A stretch of 64,000 bases of DNA, taken from the IMG/VR virus record IMGVR_UViG_3300027782_000042, one strand, 5' to 3'. The notes under the pieces were generated by a model, which saw only the letters and a list, made by a program, of their open reading frames with translations, had not been told where the DNA came from and did not search any database. Made by a program: the position numbers and the translations under genes. The stretch is from an uncultured virus (IMG/VR IMGVR_UViG_3300027782_000042) (taxonomy: Duplodnaviria > Heunggongvirae > Uroviricota > Caudoviricetes). This document shows, piece after piece, positions 9,295-19,804 of this stretch (position 1 is its first letter; each line of letters starts with the position of its first letter).

Positions 9295-9540
9295 ATGGCA
9301 ATTACAAGAGAAGAATTTAAAGGAACAAAGATTATTAACGAAATACAATCGTCAAACATAGTTAAAACAGAATATGATACTGAAACAAAAAAAATGATAA
9401 CTGAATTTAAAAACGGTATTAGATATGAATATGAGGATGTACCTCATCAAAAATACACCGAATTTAGAACCGCACAATCTCAAGGTACATATTTTAATAA
9501 AAACATTTCAAAAATTTACAAATATAAAAAATTAAGTTAA
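9295..9540 (+). CDS. KTSC-domain protein
   Basis: SSNI...YD......EFKNG..YEYEDVP...Y..F..AQSQGTYFNKNI matches the KTSC pattern. Confidence 0.85.
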   Translation: MAITREEFKGTKIINEIQSSNIVKTEYDTETKKMITEFKNGIRYEYEDVPHQKYTEFRTAQSQGTYFNKNISKIYKYKKLS

Positions 9541-9562
9541 ACAAAAAACTTAATATTTATAT

Positions 9563-10300
9563 TTGATGGACAATGAATTAATAAAAAGTTTTGAACCAAA
9601 AAAAGAATTAAACCCAAAAATTTGGGACGACTCTGGAAAAATAACAAAAATAAACCCAGATGTTAGGGACAGTCTTCTTAAGACTGCAAATTTATTTATA
9701 GATTCTCTTGGGGTAGATATTTTAATAACTGATATTATTATGATTGGATCATTAGTCAATTACAATTGGTCCAAATATTCTGATATTGATTTACACATTG
9801 TCTTAAATTATGGTCAATTCCCATCTGACTCTAAGGATTTATATGTTGAATTCTTTGATCTAAAAAAAATAGTTTTTAATCAAAAACATAATATAAAATT
9901 ATTTGGTTACGACGTTGAGTGTTTTGTACAAGACGAGAATGAGGTCGCATTTAGTTCTGGGGTATATTCTGTTCTTTATAATATGTGGGTTAATGAACCA
10001 AAAAAAGATGAAATGAAAGAAATTGATACAGAACTAATTAAAGAAAAGGCAAAACAATGGATGAATATTATTGATGGTGTTGTTGACAACATCGGAGATG
10101 AAAGTCCTGATGAGATAAAATCTATTGTAAAAAAATATAAAGAAAAACTTAAGAAGTTTAGAAGTTGTGGACTTGAAAAAGGTGGGGAAATGTCTATAGA
10201 AAATCTAGTATTTAAACTATTAAGAAGAAACGGTTATATTGGTAAATTATATGATATACCAACAAAATTAATCGACAAAAAATTATCAATGAATCAATAA
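9563..10300 (+). CDS. Pol-beta superfamily nucleotidyltransferase
   Basis: GSLVNYNWSKYSDIDLHI (GS...DxD) plus a downstream acidic strand YDVECFVQD. Confidence 0.75.
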   Translation: MMDNELIKSFEPKKELNPKIWDDSGKITKINPDVRDSLLKTANLFIDSLGVDILITDIIMIGSLVNYNWSKYSDIDLHIVLNYGQFPSDSKDLYVEFFDLKKIVFNQKHNIKLFGYDVECFVQDENEVAFSSGVYSVLYNMWVNEPKKDEMKEIDTELIKEKAKQWMNIIDGVVDNIGDESPDEIKSIVKKYKEKLKKFRSCGLEKGGEMSIENLVFKLLRRNGYIGKLYDIPTKLIDKKLSMNQ

Positions 10301-10375
10301 ATAGATTAAAAATAAAACAATATCGATTATTGGTATATTTATTTAATAAAAATAATTTAATCAAAAAAATATACT

Positions 10376-11692
10376 ATGGGAGGACTAAAACCTATTGGGA
10401 GTGAGAAATTAGTTGGTATGGATAAAATCCGTAGAATTATGGAAATTGCTAACTATAACCACGAATTATCTAATAAAGATATTGAATTAAAATCTACAGA
10501 GTATAGACTTGGTTTATCAGATGGAAATTCATATGACATTGTAAAAGAAAGACAAGGATATATAATTAAAAGAAATATTACTGAATCTTACTCTGATTAT
10601 ATCGAACCTATGAAAAATAGGAGATATTACAGATCTTACTCTGAAGCATTAAAAAAATTAAATTTAATGGCTAAAGATTTTAACTCATTATATAATAACG
10701 ATGAGGGCACAAATCTTTTTACCGAACAAAAAAAGTTTAAACTTAAAGTTCCAACACCAAAGTCAGATGTTGCCCCTGAACAGGCACCAACATTACCTGA
10801 ACCATCTCCGGCTCCCGCACCTGCGGCAGAACCATCTCCGGCTCCCGCAACAGGATCAGAAGAAGATCCAATGGCAGGACTTATGGGAGGTACCGAAACA
10901 ACAGGACCAGAAGAAGATCCAATGGCAGACCTTGGTGGGGATGAAGATCCAATGGCAGACCTTGGTGGGGATGACGAATCTACCGACGATGAAGAGGAAA
11001 ATACAGGCAAAGAAAATGGAGTATCGTTTAAGTTGATTCAAAAATTAACAGGAAAACTATCCCAAAAAATTAGAAAATATCTTAACAGTGAAGAAATGGA
11101 TTCTGACGATGTTAAGTATATTTTAAATTCTGTGTTATCTTCATTAGATTTATCTGTGTTGGATGACGAAGACGTTGAGGAAATTATAGATCGTTTGGAA
11201 GGTGATGAAGAAGATAAAGAAGAGGGCGACGAAGAGGGTAATGAAGAAGGTGATGAAAATTTAACCTCGGATGAAGACCCTGATGTTGATTCTCCTGAAC
11301 CACCGTCAGATGAAGGTGAGGTTACAGAATACGGATATAGAAACAGAAATAGAATGACAGTAGGTCCTTTAGGGACAAGAACAGATAATATGTTCTCAGA
11401 ATCTAAAGTTGATAAAATCATTGGAAGATATTTTTCAATTAATGAAGATGAAAAAAAGGTTAATAATAGAAAAAAAATTATTAATAAGGGACTTTTAAAA
11501 GAAAATATGGTTGTAAACGAAATGGAGATCAAAAGACTTTCAAAATCAATTCAACAAGAAAGATCGGCATTAAAATTCTTAGAAAAAAATCCAAACGCGG
11601 TTTTAATAGGATCAACAAATAAAAGTAATTTACTATTTAAAGTCGGTATTAATGAACACAAAATATCAACAGACGGAAGAAGAGTACTATGA
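10376..11692 (+). CDS. Acidic low-complexity protein, probable head/prohead core component
   Basis: 438 aa with PAPE and EDPMADLGGD repeats; late motif at 10336; upstream of terminase. Confidence 0.5.
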   Translation: MGGLKPIGSEKLVGMDKIRRIMEIANYNHELSNKDIELKSTEYRLGLSDGNSYDIVKERQGYIIKRNITESYSDYIEPMKNRRYYRSYSEALKKLNLMAKDFNSLYNNDEGTNLFTEQKKFKLKVPTPKSDVAPEQAPTLPEPSPAPAPAAEPSPAPATGSEEDPMAGLMGGTETTGPEEDPMADLGGDEDPMADLGGDDESTDDEEENTGKENGVSFKLIQKLTGKLSQKIRKYLNSEEMDSDDVKYILNSVLSSLDLSVLDDEDVEEIIDRLEGDEEDKEEGDEEGNEEGDENLTSDEDPDVDSPEPPSDEGEVTEYGYRNRNRMTVGPLGTRTDNMFSESKVDKIIGRYFSINEDEKKVNNRKKIINKGLLKENMVVNEMEIKRLSKSIQQERSALKFLEKNPNAVLIGSTNKSNLLFKVGINEHKISTDGRRVL

Positions 11693-12096
11693 ATTATTTA
11701 ATTTACATAAATGGTATGGGACCCAATTATAAGGGAGACAACATTTATGAATTTATTTTTTCAGAAACTTTAGATGTTTGGGGTGAGAATTGGGAATCAA
11801 AACCATCTAATGGTTACCCATCACCACCTGACTTTGAATATATAAAAAAGGTTGGATCATTAATTAATGGGGAAATCTTATTAGAATTGGTTCAAAACTC
11901 AGACGTATTTTCAATGATGGATTCAATGGATGGGGTACTGTCCATAGGTTGGGAAAAAGAAACAAATGAAATTGATTTCTCAATCACAAAAAGATTAGTA
12001 TTTAAGTTTGGGGAAACTGAACAAGACGTAAAAGATAAACTATATGAACGAGATATCGTTCTTGAATTTGATAAAAAAGCAGTATATGAATCCTAA
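11689..12096 (+). CDS. Hypothetical protein
   Basis: 135 aa ORF overlapping the previous stop (ATGA). Confidence 0.6.
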   Translation: MNYLIYINGMGPNYKGDNIYEFIFSETLDVWGENWESKPSNGYPSPPDFEYIKKVGSLINGEILLELVQNSDVFSMMDSMDGVLSIGWEKETNEIDFSITKRLVFKFGETEQDVKDKLYERDIVLEFDKKAVYES

Positions 12097-13030
12097 AAAT
12101 CATATTTTAACTTTGTTAGAACACGGATTGTCATTTAACACTATTAGTAATTTAAATGACTTACAAATTAAGGTATTATCCGAAAAATTTACAAAAAAAG
12201 AAGAGAATAAAGAAGCGGTAACAAAGACTGTATATCAACCAACAAAAAACCCAAAAGATATGGAAGCAGTTCAGGCTATGGTAACAAAAGCAGACCCAAA
12301 CGCTTCAGTTGAGTTAGATGAGAAATTTGAATCAAAATCCCAACAAGGATTATTTTGGTCAAAATGTAAAAATAGTACAGGAAAAACAAAAGAAAAATGG
12401 TGTAACATGGCTAAAGAATTTTCTGATAGTACATCTAAAAAAGATTATAAAAAAATGCCAGAAAAAAAACATCCCGAAAAAACGGTTAAAAAAACAACTA
12501 AAAAAACTAATGAAAATTTAGAAAGATTTTTAGAAGATAGAATTGTTAACATGTTGGATGAATATGTGAACCCAACGTTTACAAAAGGTCAAATGATTAA
12601 TACAATATCTGAAAAAACAGAAAAATTTAATTCTATGTTTTTGAAAACCCCAAAAAAAATGTCTATGTTTTCAAACGAATCTGGAATTGAAATGAAAAGT
12701 ATGAAAAGGCCTATTGGTAGAATCTCTTCTTTAGGGGAAGACACAAAAGAAAAAGAAAGAACTAAGGAAAAAGAAAGAACTAAGGAAAAAGAAAGAAGAA
12801 AGGGTAACCCTTTTAAAGACCCTAATCCTGACGTAGAAGAAAAACCTAAAGCAAATACAAAAGAAAAAGAAAGAACTAAGGAAAAAGAAAGAACTAAGGA
12901 AAAAGAAAGAAGAAGGGATAATCCTTTTAAAGATCCTAATCCTGATGTTAAGGAAAATCCAAAAGCAAAAATGGAAAAACAACAAAGTGGTTTCATTGAT
13001 GCAATAATGAACATATTAAATTTTAACTAA
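12086..13030 (+). CDS. Hypothetical protein with KEKERT repeats
   Basis: ORF track 12044..13030; ATG at 12086 (MNPKN) more likely; duplicated TKEKERTKEKERTKEKERR..NPFKDPNPDV block. Confidence 0.55.
   Translation: MNPKNHILTLLEHGLSFNTISNLNDLQIKVLSEKFTKKEENKEAVTKTVYQPTKNPKDMEAVQAMVTKADPNASVELDEKFESKSQQGLFWSKCKNSTGKTKEKWCNMAKEFSDSTSKKDYKKMPEKKHPEKTVKKTTKKTNENLERFLEDRIVNMLDEYVNPTFTKGQMINTISEKTEKFNSMFLKTPKKMSMFSNESGIEMKSMKRPIGRISSLGEDTKEKERTKEKERTKEKERRKGNPFKDPNPDVEEKPKANTKEKERTKEKERTKEKERRRDNPFKDPNPDVKENPKAKMEKQQSGFIDAIMNILNFN
12741..12967 (+). repeat. Nested coding repeat (18-bp units inside a ~114-bp duplication)
   Basis: AAAGAAAGAACTAAGGAA units repeated in two near-identical blocks; boundaries approximate. 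Confidence 0.75.
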
Positions 13031-14394
13031 TGGGACATAAATATATTGAGAGTTTAGTGAGGAAAATCATAAACGAGGCTCCTGTTGATTATGGGGATTA
13101 TCCAGAAAGAATGGACCCTAGAGTACAACAAAAGATTGAGGATCCCGAAAGTATCTATGCAAAAAATAGAGGGTTTCAAGGAGGAGTATCTGATGTTGAG
13201 AGGTTATCAGGAGACAGATTCAAAGAGATTGTTGATTACGTAAAAAGATATTATACCACTGAAAGAAATATAACAGATCCTTCGGTAATGGCCGCGATTC
13301 AAATGGAACAAATGATGGCGGTTAGACAAGCAATGACCAAAGAGCCAAGACATAGAGAAAAACTTAGAGATCTTGCAGTTGAAATTAAGGCCAAAGAAAA
13401 TGGTTGGATGCCTAATAATATTACAATGGAAAATGCGTTAAGGGAAGGTCTTGTAAAAAAAAGAAAATCTAAGGATGGTGGGACCATTTATGAATTTGAA
13501 TTGATGAATCTTTTAACTTTCCTTGGGGAACAATCTATAGACCCAACTATATTTCAGATGAAACCTAAAAAAAATGAAAAACTACCAATACCTGCAAACT
13601 TTTCATTTGACATTGATGAATTAACTCCAGAAGAAGAAAAACAATTGGAGATTGAAAAACGACACGTTATAAATGCATATGTGATGGGTAAGGCAAAAAG
13701 AGGTCAATACGCTTATCAGGAATATAAAGATAGATTAGACGCTATAGACCCATCTTTATATGAATTGTATAATAAAATTATGGGAGCAAATGATTTAATG
13801 TATTTTACCAACCAACAACTAATTGAAATGTTGGGGGGTAATGCGGCAGGATCGGCAGGTAAAGCCAAACCAGAACAAAGCGATGAAGATGAGGATGACG
13901 ACCAAAGTGGTGAAGAAATGGATAAAGATACTTGGTTTGCAAATGGATTAATCTTCCCAATTCTATTACATGAAGTTGATAAAGCATTTGGTATGGTTAC
14001 CGCAAGACAACAGTGGAAAGGAATGAATCCTGAAATGGCACAACAAGTTATTAGTCAAACTGACACAATGGAACATGAACCAATGAACTTCAGAATTGGT
14101 GCTGAATTAGCAAGAAAAATTAGAACAATGTTACCTGAAGAATTAGTTTTAGATCCTGATGGTCGTATTTATATGCCGTTCTTTGAAAAGAACCTTTATG
14201 AGGTACCGGCGGAAAGATTCCTAAAACAAATAATTGCAAATGTTGTTTCAAATAGAAAAGAAGATAACGCAAAAGCGGTTAAAGAATTTAAGGACATTTT
14301 TGAAAAGGCTAAAAAGGAATATCAGAGATTTAAAGGTGAAGATGATGAGGATGATGAATATAATTATGATAATGATGATGATTTATCCTACTAA
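13030..14394 (+). CDS. Hypothetical protein, probable head-associated
   Basis: 454 aa; N-terminus MGHKYIESLVRKIINE; contains an LLHEVD segment. Confidence 0.55.
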   Translation: MGHKYIESLVRKIINEAPVDYGDYPERMDPRVQQKIEDPESIYAKNRGFQGGVSDVERLSGDRFKEIVDYVKRYYTTERNITDPSVMAAIQMEQMMAVRQAMTKEPRHREKLRDLAVEIKAKENGWMPNNITMENALREGLVKKRKSKDGGTIYEFELMNLLTFLGEQSIDPTIFQMKPKKNEKLPIPANFSFDIDELTPEEEKQLEIEKRHVINAYVMGKAKRGQYAYQEYKDRLDAIDPSLYELYNKIMGANDLMYFTNQQLIEMLGGNAAGSAGKAKPEQSDEDEDDDQSGEEMDKDTWFANGLIFPILLHEVDKAFGMVTARQQWKGMNPEMAQQVISQTDTMEHEPMNFRIGAELARKIRTMLPEELVLDPDGRIYMPFFEKNLYEVPAERFLKQIIANVVSNRKEDNAKAVKEFKDIFEKAKKEYQRFKGEDDEDDEYNYDNDDDLSY

Positions 14395-14408
14395 AAATTA
14401 AAAATAGT

Positions 14409-14434
14409 AAACCCACCCAAAAGGTGGGTTTTTT
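14409..14434 (+). terminator. Rho-independent terminator
   Basis: AAACCCACC-caaaa-GGTGGGTTTTTT. Confidence 0.75.
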
Positions 14435-14475
14435 ATTAAATAAACTATTTAAAGTATTTATAATAAAAAAACTTT

Positions 14476-16248
14476 ATGAGTTTAACAAAAGAACAAGTGA
14501 TGTTAGAATATGTTAGGTGTATGAAAGATACGGAATACGCTTTAAAAACATATCTACAAACATACGATAATACAGTATCTAAATACGTACCATTACAACT
14601 ATTTCCTGATCAAGTTTCTTTATTGAAAGATTACGAGGACTACGAAGAGAACATTGCATTAAAATATAGACAGGCAGGAGTTTCTACCGTTACTGCGGCT
14701 TGGGTATCAAAAAGGTTAGTTTTTGCAAAAAAGACCCAACCTGAAAAAATTCTAATAATTGCCAACAAACTTGATACCTCAATGGAAATGGCTAATAAAA
14801 TAAGAGCGTTTGTTGATCAATGGCCTTCGTGGGTTGGTGCTGGATTTTCCATAGATAAAAACTCACAAAAACATTATAAATTAAATAATGGTAGTGAAGT
14901 AAAGGCGGTAGCAACATCAAAAGATGCGTTACGTGGATTTACCCCAACCATTCTTGTGTTTGATGAGGCGGCATTTATCGAGGCCGATAGTGATTTTTGG
15001 CCGGCTTGTATGGCCTCGTTATCTACTGGAGGTAAAGTAATTGTAGTATCAACACCAAATGGTTATGACCCAATATATTACGAAATATATGATCAAACAT
15101 TAAAAGGTTTTAATAACTTTAAAATTTCTGAAATGTTTTGGTGGAGAGATCCAAGATACGCCAAAGATTTGTTTTTAGTTCCTACAGATGATCTTGTACA
15201 TTATCTTTTAAATAAAGATGAACAGGATGAGTCTAAACATGTCTCCTTTGCACATATTGACCCGTATGTTAGGGATCATACGGAAATATCTAAATACTTT
15301 AAAGAGGGATACAAACCGTGTTCAAATTGGTACGAAAAAATGGTTAAAAAATTAAAGTACGATAAGAGGAAGATCAATCAAGAGTTAAATTGTGAGTTCT
15401 TAGGTTCAGGGGATAATGTATTTGATAATAAACAATTAGAGGAAATAAAAAATAACACCCTTTTAGAACCTGAAGGTAAATTAATGGGTAACTCATTATG
15501 GATGTGGAAAGAACCAATATTGGGCAATAAATACATAATGGGGGTTGACGTATCAAGAGGGGATAGTGAGGATTTTAGTTCAATACAAATTATTGATTTT
15601 GATGCGAGAGAACAAGTTTTTGAATACGTTGGTAAAATTCCACCTGATTCTCTTGCTGAGATCGCATATAAATGGGGGATTATGTATAATGCGTTTATTG
15701 TTGTCGATATCACCGGAGGTATGGGAATAACAACAGTTAGAAAATTACAAGAATTAGGGTACAAAAGTTTATACGTTGAGGGTATTGATACCACAAGTAT
15801 ATGGGCTAATGCAAGTAAGGCGGTGGATAAAATCCCCGGAATTAACTTTAATAACAAAAGAGTACAAATAATTGCGGCATTTGAGGAGGCGGTTAGACAC
15901 AAATTTAAAATAAAAAGTGTTAGATTATATAATGAAATGAACACTTTTATATATGTAAATGGTAGACCAGATCACCAAAGAGGACAACATGATGACCTTA
16001 TCATGGGGATATCAATGGCGATTTATGTTGGGGAGTCTTCCTTTACAAAATTAGAAAAGGTTGCCCAACAAGCTAAGGTTATGTTGGAGTCTTGGACCGT
16101 AGCGTCAAATGATTCTGTTGCAAAAGAGGCTCACTTTAATCCATTGTTACCTAACATGAATGTTAAAAGAGATAATTTTGGTAGGGAAATTAATGCCGCT
16201 ACAAAAGATGATTACATTAAATACGGGTGGTTATTTGGTGGTAGGTAA
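14476..16248 (+). CDS. terL: Terminase large subunit (T4 gp17-like)
   Basis: LKYRQAGVST Walker A region, LVFDEAAFI Walker B, VSTPNG, nuclease GVDVSRG and HDDLIM. Confidence 0.93.
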   Translation: MSLTKEQVMLEYVRCMKDTEYALKTYLQTYDNTVSKYVPLQLFPDQVSLLKDYEDYEENIALKYRQAGVSTVTAAWVSKRLVFAKKTQPEKILIIANKLDTSMEMANKIRAFVDQWPSWVGAGFSIDKNSQKHYKLNNGSEVKAVATSKDALRGFTPTILVFDEAAFIEADSDFWPACMASLSTGGKVIVVSTPNGYDPIYYEIYDQTLKGFNNFKISEMFWWRDPRYAKDLFLVPTDDLVHYLLNKDEQDESKHVSFAHIDPYVRDHTEISKYFKEGYKPCSNWYEKMVKKLKYDKRKINQELNCEFLGSGDNVFDNKQLEEIKNNTLLEPEGKLMGNSLWMWKEPILGNKYIMGVDVSRGDSEDFSSIQIIDFDAREQVFEYVGKIPPDSLAEIAYKWGIMYNAFIVVDITGGMGITTVRKLQELGYKSLYVEGIDTTSIWANASKAVDKIPGINFNNKRVQIIAAFEEAVRHKFKIKSVRLYNEMNTFIYVNGRPDHQRGQHDDLIMGISMAIYVGESSFTKLEKVAQQAKVMLESWTVASNDSVAKEAHFNPLLPNMNVKRDNFGREINAATKDDYIKYGWLFGGR

Positions 16249-16259
16249 TATTTATAATT

Positions 16260-16430
16260 ATGGGTAGTGTTCAGAGAAAAAAAAGTGGTAAAATATTTGC
16301 GGGTTCAGACTTAATTATAACAGGTCAAGGTATCTATAGTGTTAAAGTTATTAAACCAACTTTTAACAAGAAAAGTCAGTATAATATGATTGAAGAAATA
16401 ACCACAACAACAACCACCACAACAAAATAA
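16260..16430 (+). CDS. Small protein, 56 aa, with poly-Thr tail (not in ORF track)
   Basis: MGSVQRKKSGKIFAGSDLIITGQGIYSVKVIKPTFNKKSQYNMIEEITTTTTTTTK; TATTTATA at 16249-16256. Confidence 0.6.
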   Translation: MGSVQRKKSGKIFAGSDLIITGQGIYSVKVIKPTFNKKSQYNMIEEITTTTTTTTK

Positions 16431-16495
16431 TGGAATATATTTATAATATAAGACAATAAACTTTATAAAAAAAAATTATAAGTTAAATTTTAATT

Positions 16496-18310
16496 ATGGA
16501 ACAAAACGAAAAAAATTTAACGATTTGGCAAAGATTATCCAAAACGTTCGGACCTAATTCATTATTAGGGATGGATGATCCTACCTATAGGTTTGATAAA
16601 AAAGAAATATTAAAGACTACCGATAAGTCTAAATTTGAAAAAGAGAAATTAGAAATACAACAAACTTTATTTTTAAGTGATAATTGGAAAAAGATTGAAA
16701 ATAACTTATACAGTCAAGCGGTATATTATGAACCAAACAGAATTTCTGCATTCTACGATTACGAATCTATGGAATATACTCCAGAAATCTCAACGGCCTT
16801 GGATATATATGCTGAGGAGTCAACAACATCAAACCATGATGGGTTTATATTACAAGTTTATTCTGAATCACAAAGAATTAAAAGTATCTTAGTAGATTTA
16901 TTTAATAATAATTTAGATATTAATACAAACTTACAAATGTGGGTAAGAAACATGTGTAAGTATGGTGATAACTTTGTTTACTTAAAACTTGATCCTGAAA
17001 AAGGTATTGTAAGTTGTATGCAATTACCTAATATTGAAATTGAAAGATTAGAAAGAGGCATGGAAGCCAGAACTATGAACACCACTCCATCAATAAAAAA
17101 CGAGAAAAACTTAAGGTTTACTTGGAAAAATAAGGATATGGAGTTTAACACTTGGGAAATGGCCCATTTTAGATTGCTAGGTGATGATAGAAAATTACCA
17201 TATGGTACATCAATGTTAGAAAAGGCTCGTAGAATATGGAAACAACTTGTATTAGCGGAAGATGCTATGTTAATTTATAGAACATCAAGAGCTCCCGAAA
17301 GAAGAGTATTTAAAGTCTTTGTTGGTAATATGGACGATAAAGATGTTGAGGCTTACGTACAAAGAGTTGCGAATAAATTTAAACGAGATCAAATTGTTGA
17401 TTCTAAAACAGGTAATGTTGATTTACGTTTCAACCAAATGGCGGTAGATCAAGATTACTTTATTCCTGTTAGGGACGCAACACAGACAATGCCTATTGAG
17501 ACATTGGCGGGAGCCGCAAATCTTTCTGAGATTGCTGATATTGAATATATCCAAAAGAAATTATTAACCGCATTAAGAATACCAAAAGCGTATATAGGTT
17601 TTGAGGAAGCGGTGGGTGATGGTAAAAATTTATCTTTATTAGATATTAGATTTGCAAGAACTATTCATAAAATACAAAAAAGTATAATTTCGGAATTAAA
17701 TAAAATTGCGATTATACATTTATTTTTACTTGGGTTTGAGGATGAATTAAATAACTTTACTTTAGGTTTAACTAACCCATCTAAACAGGCCGATCTATTA
17801 ATGGTTGAGGTATGGAAAGAAAAGGTTTTATTGTATAAGGATATGGTTACAGAAATTCCAAATTCACTACAACCTACATCCGCAACTTGGGCTAAAAAAC
17901 ATATTTTTGGTTTTTCTGATGAAGAAATTAAATTAGAATTACAACAAATAAGATTAGAAAGGGCGGTGTCAGCCGAATTGGCAAATACACCAACAATAAT
18001 TACTCACACAGGATTCTTTGATACTGTAGATAAACTTTATAAAACTCAAACAGGAAGTACCCAAACTGCGGGTGCCGATCCAGCAGCAGGAGGGTCAACA
18101 CCTCCACCAATGGGAGGAGGACCACCTCCACCACCTGGAGGAGCAGAGTCGGCAGGAGGACCACCAATCCCTGAAAGTATTAAGAAAAATAATTTAAACT
18201 TACTTTTAGAAAGTGATGATATATTTGGGGATGAATATATTGATTTATCAAAGGCGTCAAATTCTTTAGGGGATATAGAACAAGAACTTGATAAATTACT
18301 AAACAGTTAA
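16496..18310 (+). CDS. Portal protein (T4 gp20-like)
   Basis: KQLVLAEDAMLIYRTSRAPERRVF, QDYFIPVR, IETLAG, DIEYIQKKLLTALRIP match gp20 motifs. Confidence 0.93.
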   Translation: MEQNEKNLTIWQRLSKTFGPNSLLGMDDPTYRFDKKEILKTTDKSKFEKEKLEIQQTLFLSDNWKKIENNLYSQAVYYEPNRISAFYDYESMEYTPEISTALDIYAEESTTSNHDGFILQVYSESQRIKSILVDLFNNNLDINTNLQMWVRNMCKYGDNFVYLKLDPEKGIVSCMQLPNIEIERLERGMEARTMNTTPSIKNEKNLRFTWKNKDMEFNTWEMAHFRLLGDDRKLPYGTSMLEKARRIWKQLVLAEDAMLIYRTSRAPERRVFKVFVGNMDDKDVEAYVQRVANKFKRDQIVDSKTGNVDLRFNQMAVDQDYFIPVRDATQTMPIETLAGAANLSEIADIEYIQKKLLTALRIPKAYIGFEEAVGDGKNLSLLDIRFARTIHKIQKSIISELNKIAIIHLFLLGFEDELNNFTLGLTNPSKQADLLMVEVWKEKVLLYKDMVTEIPNSLQPTSATWAKKHIFGFSDEEIKLELQQIRLERAVSAELANTPTIITHTGFFDTVDKLYKTQTGSTQTAGADPAAGGSTPPPMGGGPPPPPGGAESAGGPPIPESIKKNNLNLLLESDDIFGDEYIDLSKASNSLGDIEQELDKLLNS

Positions 18311-18330
18311 TATTTATAATAAAAAAAAAT

Positions 18331-19050
18331 ATGAAATTTGGTGTTTTAAAATCTAAAATAGAAAAGTGTTTAATTGAGTCATACAATAAAAACACGTTAA
18401 AAGATAATATTTTTATCTTTAATGAATTGGTTAAAAAGAACAAAAATATAAGTAAAATTTATTATTTATATGATGAACTTTCATCTAATAAAGGTTTGTC
18501 CGAATCAGTGGCGAATGATTTTATTAATGGGTCAATAACAATATATGAGAACGCATTAAACAAAATTAATAAAAAGGACATCCAAGAAATTAGTTTATGG
18601 TTAAATAACGTTAACACAAAAAACGAATACGAAAAAATAGACAACCTATTTTCAAGTAATGTTGTTATGTTGGAAAGTAAAATACAAAGTAGAAAACTTG
18701 TTGTTGAAGGTCTTAAGTCATCCAAACCATTTTCTAATAACGAGGTTGTTTCACTTCCTTTAGAAAGTATGGTTAAAGTTGCTAATGATACAATTACAAA
18801 TTATTTATCTAATGTTAGTGAGTCAGAAAAAAAAGAAATACTTAGTTTATTAAAAGAAGATAACGATAAGTTAGAAATTAAATTTGACTTCATTAAAGAA
18901 AACACAATAAAAAGACTTGAGAATATATTATCTTCTGACTCAGACCCTGATACTGTTGGGGCAATTAAGGAAACTATTGAAAAGGTTAAAAATGAATCTT
19001 TTGATAAAATCTCCTATATAAAATTAAAAAATCTAAATGAAAGTCTTTAA
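18331..19050 (+). CDS. Hypothetical helical protein in head module
   Basis: 239 aa; late motif at 18311. Confidence 0.55.
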   Translation: MKFGVLKSKIEKCLIESYNKNTLKDNIFIFNELVKKNKNISKIYYLYDELSSNKGLSESVANDFINGSITIYENALNKINKKDIQEISLWLNNVNTKNEYEKIDNLFSSNVVMLESKIQSRKLVVEGLKSSKPFSNNEVVSLPLESMVKVANDTITNYLSNVSESEKKEILSLLKEDNDKLEIKFDFIKENTIKRLENILSSDSDPDTVGAIKETIEKVKNESFDKISYIKLKNLNESL

Positions 19051-19226
19051 TTAAAATTCTTTTGTTTATATTTTGAATTATTTAAAATCTGTCTATTAAT
19101 GACAGATTTTTTTTTATATTCTTTTAAATCATTTAAGATACTATTTTGTCTTGTTTTGATAACTTTACTTTTTAATTCTTTTAGAGATCGTTCGATATCT
19201 CCTTTTTTCACCTTTACTATTAACAT
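19047..19226 (-). CDS. rpsU: Phage-encoded ribosomal protein bS21 (59 aa; missed by ORF track)
   Basis: MLIVKVKKGDIERSLKELKSKVIKTRQNSILNDLKEYKKKSVINRQILNNSKYKQKNFN. Resembles Bacteroidota S21 (MLII.VK.GE.IdRALK..K.K..KT.....L.....Y.KpSV.rR......Y.Q). Confidence 0.8.
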   Translation of the reverse strand: MLIVKVKKGDIERSLKELKSKVIKTRQNSILNDLKEYKKKSVINRQILNNSKYKQKNFN

Positions 19227-19315
19227 AAATTTATATTGATTTTGTTTACCTTGATATATATAACAAATTTAAGTAAACTTATTCAAAATAAACAATTTTA
19301 CTATGAAAAAAAAAT

Positions 19316-19783
19316 ATGAAAAAAGGAAAAACCTCAAAAATCAACGGGTTCAGAACGTCAAAAATAACTTACGGAACTGTTGATTCGAAAGAATTTAAAT
19401 CACTCTATTTAAATTTACAAACTTGGGTAGAACCTAAAAAAGACTCTGAAAATTGGACAAGGGTTGTCTTAAATATGAATAGGGCAATTAAACACTCCTT
19501 ATATCAAAACATGGATAAAAATATATTTGATGAAAAATTTATTGTTGATTTGGATCTTAGAACAAGTGGATTACAATTAAAGAAAAAATCATTCATGAAT
19601 TTGGAGGTTAACTTATATCTAATTAAAGAAATTGACTTTAAATCACTAGCATTAAAAAAATCATTAAAATTATTAGTAAAAAACATATACGATGATGTCT
19701 TAAATAAGAACGAATATTTTAAATGTTATTTAACTAAAAATGGAAATTCTAAGGTAATAAAAGTAAAAACCGAAAAAGTTTAA
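19316..19783 (+). CDS. Hypothetical basic protein
   Basis: 155 aa ORF divergent from bS21. Confidence 0.6.
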   Translation: MKKGKTSKINGFRTSKITYGTVDSKEFKSLYLNLQTWVEPKKDSENWTRVVLNMNRAIKHSLYQNMDKNIFDEKFIVDLDLRTSGLQLKKKSFMNLEVNLYLIKEIDFKSLALKKSLKLLVKNIYDDVLNKNEYFKCYLTKNGNSKVIKVKTEKV

Positions 19784-19804
19784 TATTTATTAAAAAACTT
19801 TAAA

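Noticed and set aside
10636..13014. Antisense/alternate-frame ORFs (e.g. 10636, 11038, 12589, also 15378, 20827)
   Set aside because: Ser/Phe-rich shadows of acidic or Lys-rich sense genes; no independent signals.
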